Source of the DNA: the human T2T-CHM13v2.0 reference genome, Homo sapiens
Strand: one strand, 5' to 3'
Assembly: GCF_009914755.1 (NCBI RefSeq)
Contig: NC_060934.1
Length of the DNA: 64,000 nt
Both the position numbers and the translations under genes were made by a program. Every line of letters starts with the position of its first letter. The first letter of the stretch is position 1. The notes beneath the pieces were generated by a model, which worked only from the letters and a program-made list of their open reading frames with translations, ran no database searches and was not told where the DNA came from. Shown here in pieces: positions 12,712 through 28,493 of this stretch.

Positions 12712-13719
12712 CCACAAGGAAGAGCATTTTGAAATGATCACAAGGGCTGATACAACACTGCCAATTCAGACCCTGATAATGCAGTTGCTGAACTCGTTAC
12801 ATCCAGAACTGTCGACACTCAGTTAAAAACACTCACAATTTCAACACTATCCAAGGGATAGAAATACTGAAGACTTAAGAATAGAGAAACATGGGAAGAA
12901 TAATAGACCACCCAAACAGAATCAGCTAGAGACTGAGAAACCACTGCAGCTTTTGGGCCTCCCTAGAAGTCACCACCCACAGAGCCATGAGCTAGGAGGG
13001 ATAGGAGCAAGATGGAGTAGAGACCCCAGGAGACTGGGCTTGGCATATCCCTCACCTGCTGACCCAACACAGGGAAGGTGAAGGGCACTCAACTTGGTGT
13101 TTTCAAATATCACTGGGGGCATTATACAAGACAAGGTCATAATACATGTGAAACATCTCCTTTGGTCCATGGTTTACTAATTCACACTCACCCATCTCCT
13201 TCCTAGTCCCAGACTTCCCAAGTCAAAGAACACTTCTGAACAACCAAATATGAGATACTATGAACTCCATCTAACCTAGCACACAAACAGTTATCACACA
13301 AGTGTAGCAGAAGGAATGTTTTACCAGAGTATCTGGAAAGCCTAGTAGAAATATTCTGCCTTAAAACCCTTCAGAGAGGCCAGTTCCAAGGCAAGAATCA
13401 AATGTGGCTTGAAGCATGATTTAGAAACTAGATGACTTTGGGTCAAGTCTGATCAAAGACAGTGAGGTGCTTCTTGGAAAGAAGTCACCACTGTACCCAT
13501 CAAGTTGTGGTGGGGTGGTGGATGGGAGGACACAAACGTTTGTTGACTGATTGCTGTATCATAGACACTGTACCATATGCCATATGTACTTAATCAAGGG
13601 AGTATAACTTAGGCATCAGTGGTCAATGTTGCTTATGGAACCAAGGTCTTGGCAAAATAGCAGTCAATGGTATAGAGTGGTTATTCGATTTCCCCAGTGT
13701 GATGATGGGGTTTATTTAA

Positions 13720-13885
13720 TAATTATTTATTGAGCTGTCATACTTCAAGATACAAAAATGAGCAAGATGCATTTCTGCCCTCAAATGCCTTAATTTCAAC
13801 TCAGCAAGGTATCTGTGAACCAAGTGCTGAGAAACACAGAGGAAGGAGGACCTGTTGGCCTGAGAGGCTTAAGGAGAGAGCATCA
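13720..13885 (-). mobile_element. L2 fragment
   Basis: tttattgagc...gatacaaaaatgagcaagatgcatttctgccctcaa, an L2-like pattern. Confidence 0.5.
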
Positions 13886-14852
13886 CATAGTTGGTTCCAT
13901 TTCCAAGGGAGACTGAAGTCCTCCATATGTCTGAGGGATTCTACAGAGAGCTCAAATGTGTTTCCTACACTTCTCAGGAGTACTTCCCAAGAAACTGTAT
14001 TATGGTTTTTTTGTGGGTCTTCACTGGTGCCACCCCTACGATAGGCTGTGTCGCTATTTGCCGTAAAGCCTCCCAGGCAAGGAGGGCTGCCACAGCAAAA
14101 ACAGAACCCGTGTTAAGGGAAAGGTCCTTCAGAATGAGGGTACCAATCACCAGGTGTTCTGCCACCTGCAAGTGGATTGCTCTGCTTGCAAGAACCTGAA
14201 GAAGGATTCTTCTTTACCTTATCCACGGAATTCTCAAGACAGCGGCTTACAATTCTTTTCCGCTTCGATGCTAAGCATGTTTCTAAAATAAGCATTAGCT
14301 CTGTATTGACACAAGAAATTGACTGGGAATTTTCAGTCAATCAGGGGCAAAACTGTGTCGTCCTACTGAAGCTTATACCCATACCTTATTATTCTATTAG
14401 CTCTTTCCAGCTGACACACTTGTAATTGCTTGGGTGGAATCCAGAAAAGGTGGAAGACACACCAAAATCAGAGCCCCTTCCAGGATAAGCTGATACACTT
14501 CCCATGGGCAAATGTTTAAAATATTGCCATTGTCCTCATTATATCCTCAGAGGCCAAGAGATTTAGAACATAAACGAATGTCTTCTAGTACAGTGGACTA
14601 TAATTTCTGCGTGAGAAATGGTCCGTCTCCCTCAAGCAATGGAGTCTTGCTCCTTCTGCAGTGGTATCTCGCTTCTTCCAGATTTTCAGTGCACCTCTAA
14701 ATCTAAGATAGTGACTGAAATTAAATTAGCTGTCCCCCAAAATACTAAAGCCAAGAAAATGGCCTAGAGGAGGAGAAGCAATGGCCCCCCATCTTCCAGC
14801 TCCTCAAGACAGTCCAAGAAGTTTCCAGAGAGAACCCATGGAGAAAGAAGCT

Positions 14853-15520
<668 letters not shown>

Positions 15521-16689
15521 AAAATAATAATAATAAAGAATGAGTCACCCACCACCAGATGGAATAGTTAAAACTTTGGAAAAATGCATCCCATAAAACA
15601 AACGGTCTGGAGGAATGGTAGAGACAGGGAGGAAGAAGACAGACAGATGAACATTTTTTTCCTTTAGAGGAAGTTTTGAAATATTAAGACAACTTGGATT
15701 GCATGTTTATTGCTAGTTCCAGGCAAAATCCTTTTGAGGTTTTATGTTCCGCATGGGTTTACCCCACATTCTTACATGTGAACACTTCCAGGGCAGTCAT
15801 ATGATGCTGTACTAATCCCATAACCCCCAAACCCCAAGTGTTTGATAAGTCTGAGGATATGAAAGTTAAGCAGGTCTTTTCCTTGAGTGAATCAGTTTCC
15901 TTGCCTTACAACTCCCCAGAAAGTGGAAATTGGCCAAGGTCAAAGACTGGGTCTGCCTGGGAAGAGATGATGATTTCATTGGTTGGGACTTTATGGGGCT
16001 TTGTATGTTTTCTGTGGCAAATGCTTTTGCTATCCCTTTGTGAGGCGGCAGGGGCGGGGGAATCCCAAACTCCATCCCTTCCAGGGATCTTGAGTTACAC
16101 AGTCTGAGAAGAGAATATAGCCAAAGTCAAACCCTCACTTCCTTACTATCTAGGTTCTCAATGGCAATTTAGCACTGGGTGATGACCATATTTATGTCCG
16201 AGAGGCTTTCATTCCAAGATGTGGGGCTGTCCTCACAAGACTCACCACAGTCCTTCTACCATGAGAAAGCCAATGGCTCCAGTGAACACATTAAATGGAA
16301 TTTTCCACCACACTTCCCTGGACTGTTCCTCTCTTGGCAAGGTGCCCAAGAACACCTGAGGCAGTTGCTTTTTGAAAGGCAATACTGCAGGTTTCTGTCT
16401 CCAGATTTGTCTCAAAGCCTCAGTTTCCTTGTATTTAAACTAGGAATGAAAAACTCTACCTTTCCTCATAGACTTATAAGGATTAAATAGGGCAATTTAT
16501 GTAATGCATTTGTCAGAGGTCATGGGAGCAGAACTAGCTTTTATTCATTACAAGCTTCTAGGCAGCAGGAACAATGTTGGGTTTGATTTACACAGTCTCT
16601 ACCCCTGCACTATATATAAAGGTCTAATAAATGCTTATGATGAGTGTGTTTTTAAAAAGTAAGAGTGAGGGAACATATCATAAAGCCAC

Positions 16690-18420
16690 AATAATTAAAG
16701 CAGTACATCCACAGCACATGAATGGACAGAGAGATCAATGGAAAAGATTAGATTATACAGAATAGACCCTGATGTGGACAGTGATCTCATTTACAACAAA
16801 GACATTGAGAAGACATTACTACAATGGGGTATCCATCTGGAAAAATGCAAATTTGGACCCTTGTATCATACAATAGGAAGAATTTTAGGTGGTTCAAAAG
16901 TTTTAAACATGACATATAAGATTACAAAAGTACAGAAGCGAACACAGCTAGTGGGTATGTAAAATGGTGCAGCTGTTTTAGAAAACAGTCTGTCGGTTTC
17001 CCAAATGATGAAACATAGATTACCACATGACCCAACAATTTCGCTCTTAGGTGTGTGTGTATGTATATGCATGTGTGTGTATCTCACACCCAAGAAAAAT
17101 GAAAGCATATGTCCATTCAAAAACTTGTACATGAATGGTTACAGCAGCGTAGCAGCATTATTCATAATAGCTAAAAAGTGGAAACAACCCGAATTTCCAT
17201 CAGTGGTGGAATGGATAAACAAGAGTTGTTATAGCCATACAACAGAATATTATTAAGCCATGAAGAGCAATGAAATACTGATACAGGCTTCAACTTGGAT
17301 TGAACCTTGAAAACATTATGCCAAGTCAAAGAAGTCTGTCACAAGAGTCTACATAGCATATGATTCCATTCAAAAGAAAGTTCAGAATAGGGAAATCTGT
17401 AGGAACAGAAAGTAGATTAGTAGTTGTTTTAGGGATGAGGATGAGGAGAGGAGGATGTAAAGATGAAGGGGTGATCAATAAAAGGTACAAGGTTTTTTAT
17501 TGAGATGATGAAAATGTTCTGAAATTAACTGTGATGATGGTGGCCCATGTCCGTGAATATACCAAAAGCCATCAAATTGTACACTTTAAATGGGCGAATT
17601 GTATGGTATGTGAATAATACCTCAATAAAGCTGTTTTTTAAAAACACAAAGAAAACACAGGAGATTTTTTAAAGTATAATTCTAGGGAAAGACTTTCTAA
17701 GTATAAGCAAAACCCAGAGACATAAAAGGAAATAAATTTGACCACAAAATAATTTTTAAAAATCCTATTTCAGAAAAATAAATATAAAACAAGTCAAAAG
17801 ATAAGAAACTGGAGAAATCTTTGCAACTCATACTTAAAGGGTTAATCTCCTTCACACATAAAAAGCTCCTAAAAAATAAAAAGACTAACAATCCAACAAC
17901 AACAAAAAAGGATAATGCATATGAAGAGAGTGTACACACACACACACACAGAGCTCTTAAACATATGGAAAGATGTTCCATTTCACTCATAAAAAAAGAA
18001 GTATAAATTATCAGGAAGAGATCCCATAAAGAGATAGCTTTGCCCCTTCTCTGGGGGCAAAGATGACTAAGTTTGATACCAATTTGTTGATGAAGGTTTG
18101 GGGAAACAAACAAGACATTTTGCTGATGAGAGTGAAAAGGGACACAGCCTCCCCAGAAAGCAATTTGGTAACATCTTTGCAAATTGTAAGCACACATATC
18201 CTTCAATCCAGCAATTCTATTCTGAGATTTTATGCTACAGATATTTTTTATGTGTCTGAAATAACCTACATGCAAGGCAATTCATGGACGTGTTGTTTGT
18301 CATAGCAAAGGATTGGGGGAAAATGTAAATGCCCAGTGATTATATGAACTGGTGCTCGCCATATAAAGGAAAGACAGCAGAAGTACAAAGAACACAGCAG
18401 CATATCTATCAGGAATGAGC
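16690..18420 (+). mobile_element. Old L1 (L1ME/MC) ORF2 remnants with a nested L1MB-type 3' end (about 16945-17640)
   Basis: Decayed ORF2-like motifs; the L1M 3'UTR ends tacctcaataaagctg. Confidence 0.7.
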
Positions 18421-18454
18421 TCGAGATACAGCCTTGACTTAAGGAAGAAGGTCC

Positions 18455-19175
18455 ACCCTCACTTACATGTGAGAGCTAAAAAAGTTGATCACATGGACAT
18501 AGAGAATAGAGTGACAGATATCAGGGACCGGGAAGGGTGGGTAGAAGAACGGGAAGGACAAAGACAGGCTGGCTAATGAGTTCAAACATACATTAAGAGA
18601 AGAAATAAGTTCTAATGTTTGATAGCACTCTATCAATTTAGCAATGATATTATGTATATTTCTTCTCTTCTTTTTTTTTTTTTTTTTTTTTTTGAGACCG
18701 AGTTTCGCTCTTGTTGCCCAGGCTGGAGTGCAATGGCACGATCTCAGCTCACTGCCCAACCTCTGCCTCCTGGGTTTAAGTGATTCTCCTGCCTCAGCCT
18801 CCCTAGTAGCTGGGATTACAGGCATGTGCCACCACACCTGGTTAATTTTGTATTTTTAGTAGAGATGGGGTTTCTCCATGTTGGTTAGGCTGGTCTCAAA
18901 CTCCTGACCTCAGGTGATCCGCTCGCCTCAGCCTCCCAAAATGCTAGGATTATAGGCATGAGCCACCATGCCCAGCAATATTATGTATATTTCAAAGTAA
19001 CTAGAAGAAAGGACTTCAAAGGATACCAACACATAAAAATGATAAACACTTCAGGTGATGGATACCCCAAATACCCTGACTGGATCATTACACTTTCTAT
19101 GTATATAACAAACACTCACATGTACTCCATAAATACGTCAATTATTATATAGCCATGAAAGAGGAAAAAAAAGAT
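18455..19175 (+). mobile_element. L1MA 3' end interrupted by an Alu
   Basis: ctcacttacatgtgagagctaaaaaagttgat...gatggataccccaaataccctga; Alu TSD atattatgtatattt on both sides. Confidence 0.8.
18671..18976 (-). mobile_element. Alu (AluSp/Sq-like)
   Basis: Poly-T then gagtttcgctcttgttgcccagg... Confidence 0.93.
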
Positions 19176-19384
19176 CAACAGTGGTATGCTCTGTTTGGGA
19201 GAAAGAAAAAAAGTTGTATATACATGGCTGCTTATATGTGGACAATGTTTTGAAAGATACATAAAATCTGGGGCAGTGTTTGCCTCTGGCAAGGGCAGGT
19301 GAATGAACCTGGCTCTGAGGGACTTCCTTTTTGCTGTGCTCTGTTGCTTTTTAGAACTTATTACCATAGGGGTTGGAAAGGAGC

Positions 19385-19499
19385 AGGCAAAAAACAGGGA
19401 CAGGAGGGGAGGAAAAGGAGGAAGGGAAGGAAAGATGGAAGGGAGGGAACACAAGAAGGGTGAAGGGAGGGAAGGAGGAGAAAAGAGAGAGGAAAGGAG
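19385..19499. repeat. Purine-rich (GA) low-complexity tract
   Basis: Seen directly; similar tracts lie at about 30687-30735 and 53922-53986. Confidence 0.9.
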
Positions 19500-22339
19500 C
19501 TTTTTTATTATCGCAGAGAGGAGAAAAAGATCTGGAGAGTGTAACACATCCCTGATAGATATTATCATGGAGGGTGGAATTCTAGGGATTTTCATATTCT
19601 ATGTTACAAATTTCTGCCACATATGCATATTTTATAATAAGCATGTATGACTTTGCCATAAAAATATAGATGTAAAATTACTACACTGAACTCCTTACAG
19701 AGTGAAATAGCAATTTGAAATGTGTAGCTGTTGTGTATGCTATTTTAAATTATTTAAAATAACTCCATCTGAAAAACCAAAAACAACAAAAAGAAGAGGA
19801 GAAAGGAAAACTAGGTTTACCACATTGGGTCCAACCAACTTGGAAATCTGACCCTTTCTCTTTGCCCTGGAAAGTTGGGGGAGACATAACCAGGGAGGGA
19901 AATGGAAGCAGAGCTTGGTGGAAGTGGGGATTGCCAACACGTAGCCCGCAGGCTGACAGAGGCTCTCCCCGTCTCTTCCTAAACCCTCAGTCCATCTTCT
20001 CTTCTTCTCAGTCTTCCCCTCCCACCTCCAACCTCGTCACAGGAAGAATGAAGCAGGCCCCGCCTTCCGGTCCTGCCCCTAGCGCTTCTCCCTTGGCCCC
20101 AGTGCCCTTGTCCATCCAATGACGATGGACGCAACAACATGGTCTGCCCTAAAAGGACCGGACCCTCTCAAACCCCATGATCCAGTGACAACTGCAGAGG
20201 GTTTTACATATATGTCAAGAGGAGGAGACATCCCATAAGGAAGCTTCCAGAAGGCAGTGCGTGAGAGGCACCATCATTCACTCTGATTATTCAGGACCTT
20301 TCTTGGCAGCCATGAATCCCATCCTTGCCTCCGCCTCTGTCTTCAGCTGCACCCTCCCCACGGCTGCTTGGCCTTCCTTGCTTCATCAATGGCATCTTGT
20401 CTGTCGTCCCCCCCCCGCTGCAAGTGATGAACCAACTTCACTGGAGCGTCTGCTGCAGGCTCTCTGAGAAGGGCCATTGTTCCCCCCACACTTGTCCAAA
20501 GCCTCCATTTAGGGCCGCTGTGAGCGTAGATGGAGGACATTCATCACTGGGAACACTTGCCAGCAAATGAGAGACAGCTGTTGGGCTTGAATGGCATGTG
20601 GCTGAACGTTGCCTGGGGTGAAATTTATTTTTCAAGTGAGAACAACCTCACTTATTTTTCCTTCCAAATTTTAAGAAACAAGAAAGTACTCGCCTTCTTC
20701 TGCCAAGCAAGAGTCCAGGGCCATCCCACTAATCACATAGTAGGTAAGGCCCATGGGGAGCCCAGCAGCACCGGTTAAACACCTACTTCCAGAGAGAGGT
20801 ACAGCCACAGCCTAGCCCACGGCCTACTGGGGGCTGTGCCCTGTGGCCAGGGACCACGCCTCACCTCCTGTGATCCTCCATGTGCCCACAGCAGTGCGGG
20901 GCCCACACACTCAGTGGGGACTTCCAAAGGCTCCAGGCCTGGTTGAGAGGGGCAGATGGGAAACTCAACAGAACCTCTTGGGAATGATCAGGAACAAAGC
21001 AGATGCCCACCTGTGTGCCAGACACTCTGCAGCACATTTTAGGAGCTGTAAAACAGAGACATCAGGAACAGAGACCCACATAGGCCAGGGACTTGAAGCA
21101 CTGACTGAGCCCCATATGAAGTATAAGCAGCAGGGGCCAGAGGTGATCAACCAGGGCTGGCTTCCAGGAGGAGGCAGGGGGGCAGTGAAGGTGGGTGTGA
21201 TCGGGAAGGTGAAGGGATGGAAGCAGGCCCCTGTCATGAGGAACAGCATGAACAAAGTCCTGGCTGGACCAGCAGGGACAGGACATGGAGACAGGAGGGC
21301 AGGAAGCCAGGCACACAGAGAAGCCCCGTTTTAGGAGAGGCTATTTCATCAGGCCAGGGATCTCTTCAGAGACAGCCACAGAGTCCCAAGCTCAGCTGTG
21401 AGTGATGCTGGGGCACCTTCTTCCCCATCCTAAAGGAATGCACCAAGATGACTTGACTGCAGCTGGAGGACTTGACATCCTGGTTAACATCAGATCCAAA
21501 CATGGCTGCAGGTCAGGGTCGAAGCCATCTGAGGATGGAGGTCATGTCCAGCTTGATCAAGCTAGACCAGGCAGCAGAATGTGCCAGAGAGTCAGATAGA
21601 GCTGGGTTTGGATGCTGCCAGGTTGGCCGTGGGCTTTTGCTGGGGTTACCCCTGGCCTCAGTGTCCAGCCTCAATGTCTTCCATCCTCAGAATCAGGATA
21701 ATGACAATTACCCCTGGATGCCTGCCTCCCTGCCCCCACACCCCATTGTGATTCTGCCAGCCTGTAATAAAATGAAAGTGTCTGACAGAAAAGCCTTGGG
21801 AAGCCTTTGATTAACATTCTTAACTCAGCCTAGCTCAGGCAAACAAGTTCCAGCATTCCAGGGGACATCTCCCTGAGCAAAGCAATGCCAAGAACGTCAG
21901 TGAAAGATTCTAAAATGCTTTTCTTATTGGAACCCTTCTGGTGTTTAGCCACTCCAGGGAGGCTGCAGGTACCTGGTGGAGGGTGCGAGTTGAATAGTTC
22001 AGGTTCTCACCACCCCCCGCCCCCCCTCAGGAGTCCCTGAGGATTCACTGAGACAATGAGTAGAAAATGTCCAAGGAAGGAACGAGAAGCCAGGGAGCAC
22101 GGTCACTACCAGATGTGGGCAGCCAGGCCGAGACTCGGCTGAGAGTCTGAAAACCCACCATCCAGTAGTAACAGCTTCCCAGTCTGTTGCTGTGAGACAG
22201 GTAAGTTAAGGTCCCAGGCCCTCGGTAACCTCATGGAGAAAATGCCTATGGTAGGACTTCTGACACCTTCAACGGAATATCTGTGAGGGGAAATGAGGGA
22301 AATGATGGAATATATTTTGAAATAAAAAGGAAAAGGAAC

Positions 22340-22512
22340 TGGGCATGGTGGCATGCATCTGTAGTCCCAACTACTCAAGAAGTCGAGGTGGGAGGATCGC
22401 TTGAGCCCAGGATGTCAAGGCTGCAGTGAGCTATGATGGCACCACTGCACTCCAGACTGGGCAACAGAGCAAAACCCCATCTCCAAAAAAAGAAAAAAGG
22501 AAAAAAGGAAAA
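22340..22512 (+). mobile_element. Free right Alu monomer (FRAM-like)
   Basis: Single right arm; TSD aaaaggaaaaggaact/aaaaggaaaaggtact. Confidence 0.85.
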
Positions 22513-24379
22513 GGTACTAGCATTAATTATTATTTTTAATAACCACTCTTGATTGTGATGCCCTGCTTAATATCAACAAGGCAGCAGCAGCTGCAAAGCA
22601 AGGAAGATGAAGAGAATCAGGGCCGACAGGTGGGGGCTCTTCCCCCGGCAGAGATGGTGCTAGAAGTTAGGAGAGGTGAGATGAATGTGTCCCAAGCAGC
22701 CCTGCCCTACCCAGGCAGCAGCCGGAACTGCACCTGCTCCACAGCAGCTGCCAGGAGGCCCAGGGGTTCCTTAGGCCCAGCAGGCCCTCCTGGCCAGGCT
22801 AAGGAATCAGCAGCCAGGGAGTGACCGAGCAAAGCACACCCAGCAACGGCACATCCCCAGGCAGATGTTCTTCTAGAGTTGCAACTCATGCTCAGGCCAT
22901 GTGGGCCTCGGTCCTGGGACTGCAGAGGGCTTACTGGCCTCCATGCTTCGCAAAATGAGGGCACTCCCATTGCAGACAGGCACCCTGGCATGGAAGGGTC
23001 CATTCCCTGCAGGACTGGAATGAACTTCACTGGCCTGACTGAATCCCTTACTGAGCCTTCACTTCCCTGTCCAAGTGATCCTGTATCTAATTGTTCATCT
23101 CGTCAGCCAATCTCAAACACAATTCCACCCAACCCTGGGTCTCCATGGCCAGGGGAGTCTGCCTTCTGGCCATAAATACTCTAGAACTGATCATTAGTCA
23201 GGAGCAAATTAGCAATAGCTATGGTAGCACTGCAGGCTTCCCTCAGCCTGGAATTGCAATTCCTGATGCAATGGTGGAGAGTCATCTTACACATCTGTTC
23301 AGTGATTTCCAGTTTTCAAAACACTTTTATGCATAGTTTTTCATTGATCTTCCCAGCATTCTGCATTGTGAGGAAAGTGGTGATTATTACAGATGGGGGA
23401 AACTGAAGCTCAGGTGATAAAAGACTAGTACGTTTTCCACACTGATGGGGTCAGAAAGAGGAAACAGCTCTCCTTCATGATTCAGCTTCCCCTGCCCCAC
23501 ATAGAACCTAATGGCAGCATTACTAAAAGCAAAGGCTGTAGGCATCAGAAATAAACATGGCAGACCCATGGCACATACAGCCCAATGCCTTGTTTCACCA
23601 CCACTGGCTAGCACTACGGGGCTCTGACCATGTGCTGAACCTACTGCCAAGCTCTCTAAGGGCAAAATTTCACTCCAACCCTACAAATCCCCAAGGAAAA
23701 AGCTATCAACCCTTTTCAGATTAAGAAACTGAGGTTCAGAAAGAGTAAGTAATTGCTCATGGTTGCAATGTCCAAGCCTGATATGAACCCAATCTGCACG
23801 AAGCCACACCCTGCAACTTTCGAACAGTATTTATTTCCTACAGCTAAACACAGACCTCAGACAGTCTGAACAGTGGGGGATGAAGCATTCATGCCTCATG
23901 GAAGGAAGCACTTGGAAGACTCTGGGTAGGTCAGGGATCAAAAAGCTCCTTTCCTTCCTTGGCTTTACCTGGTGGGAAGGACACGGGACCACAATGCAGG
24001 GATCTCAGGCAATTTTCCTACCCCTACCCCCAGTAAGTACAGGCATCCTTCATGTCCTCTCTCATCCCAGCGCCCCCTTCAGTGAAAAGTGGACAACTAC
24101 AATAGGTTTGTGGCACCTTGACCTCTTGGGAGAAAGATGAAGGAGGATATTATTTTAGGATATGCTCAAATTTTTCCTGTGGAAAATAGATGGATCCAAG
24201 GTGGTCTACCTGGCGGTGACTTACCCATTTGGAAGGGACAGTGGCCACTCAGATGGGTGGCGGGGAAGCTCAGTTTCACTGCATGAAAGCTCCCTCGCAC
24301 CATCCTGCTCTCCCATTTCATCTCTCTCTACATTCCCTCTCAATGACAAGCTCCTCTCAGCCCTCATGAACACACACAC

Positions 24380-24765
24380 ACACACACCCATTCAGAACCT
24401 TTGCAACTGCCACTGCCTGGGCCTGGTTCTCCCCACAGCAGGCTCTTCCTCTTCCCTGAGGTCTCAACCCAAATGTCACCTCCCCAGAGAGACTCTCCAT
24501 CACCCCCAGGCTAATGTTGGACACCACCCCCCACCATCACCAAGTTACTCCCACAACATCCTGCTTTCTTTCTTCACGTTGACTCATTACTCTCTGAAAT
24601 GAACCTGTTTTAGAACGGTGCTTGCATGTTTGTGGTCTGCTTTCCTCCACTAGAACACAAGCCCCAACAGGACAGGGGCCTCGTCAGTACTGTGTCCAGC
24701 CTACCTCTGCACTGAGACAATGCTTGGCACAAAGTAAAGCTTAGAAAATGTCCATTGTGTGAATA
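24380..24765 (+). mobile_element. L2 3' region
   Basis: aggtctcaacccaaatgtcacctcccc...ctagaacacaagcccc...acaatgcttggcacaaagta. Confidence 0.65.
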
Positions 24766-26039
24766 CCTGGATATTCTCCCATTTAAAGGGGCTAATTAAG
24801 GACATCAGCACGTTCATTACAAAATCACACATCCTTTGAACTGGAAGGGACCCTGGGGCTGATACTTGAGCTTGAGAAAACAGAAATGAGGATTTCTATT
24901 GTCCCCTCACTTAAGATATCAATATCCCAAGGGACCCAGAAATTGGAAATGCAGGTTCAGAGACATGGGCAGAAACTGAACACTGTCAGTAAAGGATGGA
25001 CAGGTTGGATGAAGAACAGCTAGAAGGAAGAGGCATCAATAAGCAACATCCAGGGCATGAGAAAGAATGCTGGGAAAACAGTGACACCACCAGTGCCAAC
25101 CTCAGGGGTTATTTCTATGTTCCGGAAGACTTAAGCTTTAGTTACTGACTTTAAATGCAATTGGAGTTGCTGCCCACACCCTGAGCCCACATCCAAAAGG
25201 GTTAGCTCTTCTCTTGCCCACACTTGCGAGACCCCAGGCAGCACCAGGTCCTGCCTCTGGGGCCCAGGCAGGACACAATGCGAGGCAAACAGGGACTCTG
25301 GTCATCTGGTCCACATGGACCTCTGAATCTCAAAAAAGGATTTTTTTAAAAAAGAAAGCAACTATTATTTCAAGTAGAAATAGAGATGATGGAACAAAAA
25401 AGATCAGGGGCCAACTCTGTCCAGATCAGATCAACCCAGGGTGGGAAGTGGGGAGAGGGAGTGTATCATGCTTGGATACACTGATTTTGAGTGAATCTCC
25501 TAAGTGAAGAGGAGCAAAATGAACCCCCTAGCTCAGAGTCTAGCGATCTTGTGTCCAATCCATCAGGTACTAGAAAAATCTAATTCCACTGCATTTTACT
25601 CAGTGTGATAAACATTTGGACGCTGGCTGTCAGCCATGACCTGTACTTAGTGATGTGAACCCAAGGATGACTAAGAGCTCAGGCACTCAGAATGGCTGGA
25701 GGTGACTGAAAAAATACACAGCTATGAAAAGCCAGCCCTACCACCCCAGGCTTATTCATGCATCTCCCCCGTTCTGTGACAATGGTGGACTGCTAACCAC
25801 CACTACAGCCCTCGCAGTCAAATGCAAGCTTTAGAGTCAAACGTAGGGATAGTCTGTTATCACAGCTTCATGAGAACTTCTTGGACAGTCCAGAAATTAA
25901 TATGAAGGAAAATGACCTTCCCATGATTCCTCCATAGGGTGAGGGGTGGTGGGGAGTCTCCTCCCCATCCTTTCACAGCACATGGCTTGAGCTTCTGGTA
26001 TTGTTCTCACTATGTCAAATTCTGCTCCAAGTCAGAATT

Positions 26040-27245
<1,206 letters not shown>

Positions 27246-27259
27246 CTAAGAAAACCTGA

Positions 27260-27651
<392 letters not shown>

Positions 27652-28188
27652 TGAACACCAAAAATACTGTCCTTGGCCCTTAAGGAGCTTACAGCCTACT
27701 AGAAATATAGACTTCCATCAACAGACACAATGACCACGGCCATGAGGGTTGTACAAGATGAGGTGAGGGTTAAGGGATCCAGTGGCAGCCAGGGTCAAGG
27801 TGTCAAGGCCCAGTGAGCCTTGACAAACGTGCTTACCAGGCAGCCCTGAAGCATTTCAAACCAATTGACCAGCACGTGGAAAAGCCCAAGTTAGGGAGCT
27901 ACAAGGAGCCCGGTATGACTGTGGCATAGAGCCAAGTGAGGAATGGCTGCAGAGGCTGGAAAAATAGGAATGAGCCAGGTACAGAGGGGCTCAGGCTTTC
28001 TCCAGAGCAGTACAAGGAACAGCACACCTCCTTACTCTCCCCACAGCCACTGGTGAGCTGCCCTAGATGCCGCCTGCACTCAAGGACAGGTCCTGGTTCA
28101 GGGGTCTCAAGAAATCTAGGCTTATCTTAGCTAGGATAGCAATGTATTGAAGTCTCAGAGAAACCCATAGACAGAATCCTAGAAAGAA

Positions 28189-28493
28189 GAGCACAGGGGC
28201 TTACATTTGTAATCCCAGCACTTTGGGAGGCTGAGGCAGGAGGATTGCTTGAAGCCAGGAGTTCAAGACCAGCCTGGTCAACATAGCAAGACCCCGCCTC
28301 TACAAAAAAATGAAAAATAAATTATTCAGGTGTGGTAGTGTGCACCTGTAGTCCCAGCTGCTCAGGAGACTGAGTCAGAGGATGGCTTGAGCTCAGGAAT
28401 TTGAGACTGCAGTCAGCCATGACAGTGCCACTGAACTCCAGCCTGGGTGACAGAGCAAGACCCTGTTGAAAGAAAGGGAAAAAGAAAGAAAAA
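28189..28493 (+). mobile_element. Alu (AluJ-like)
   Basis: Dimer with ggaggattgcttgaag. Confidence 0.9.

Noticed and set aside
17697-18275. 192-aa hydrophobic minus-strand ORF
   Set aside because: Antisense reading of A-rich decayed L1.
19116-19650. ORFs with an apparent signal peptide or TM plus charged segment (19303-19650 plus, 19116-19595 minus)
   Set aside because: Generated by a GA-rich low-complexity tract and old L1 sequence.
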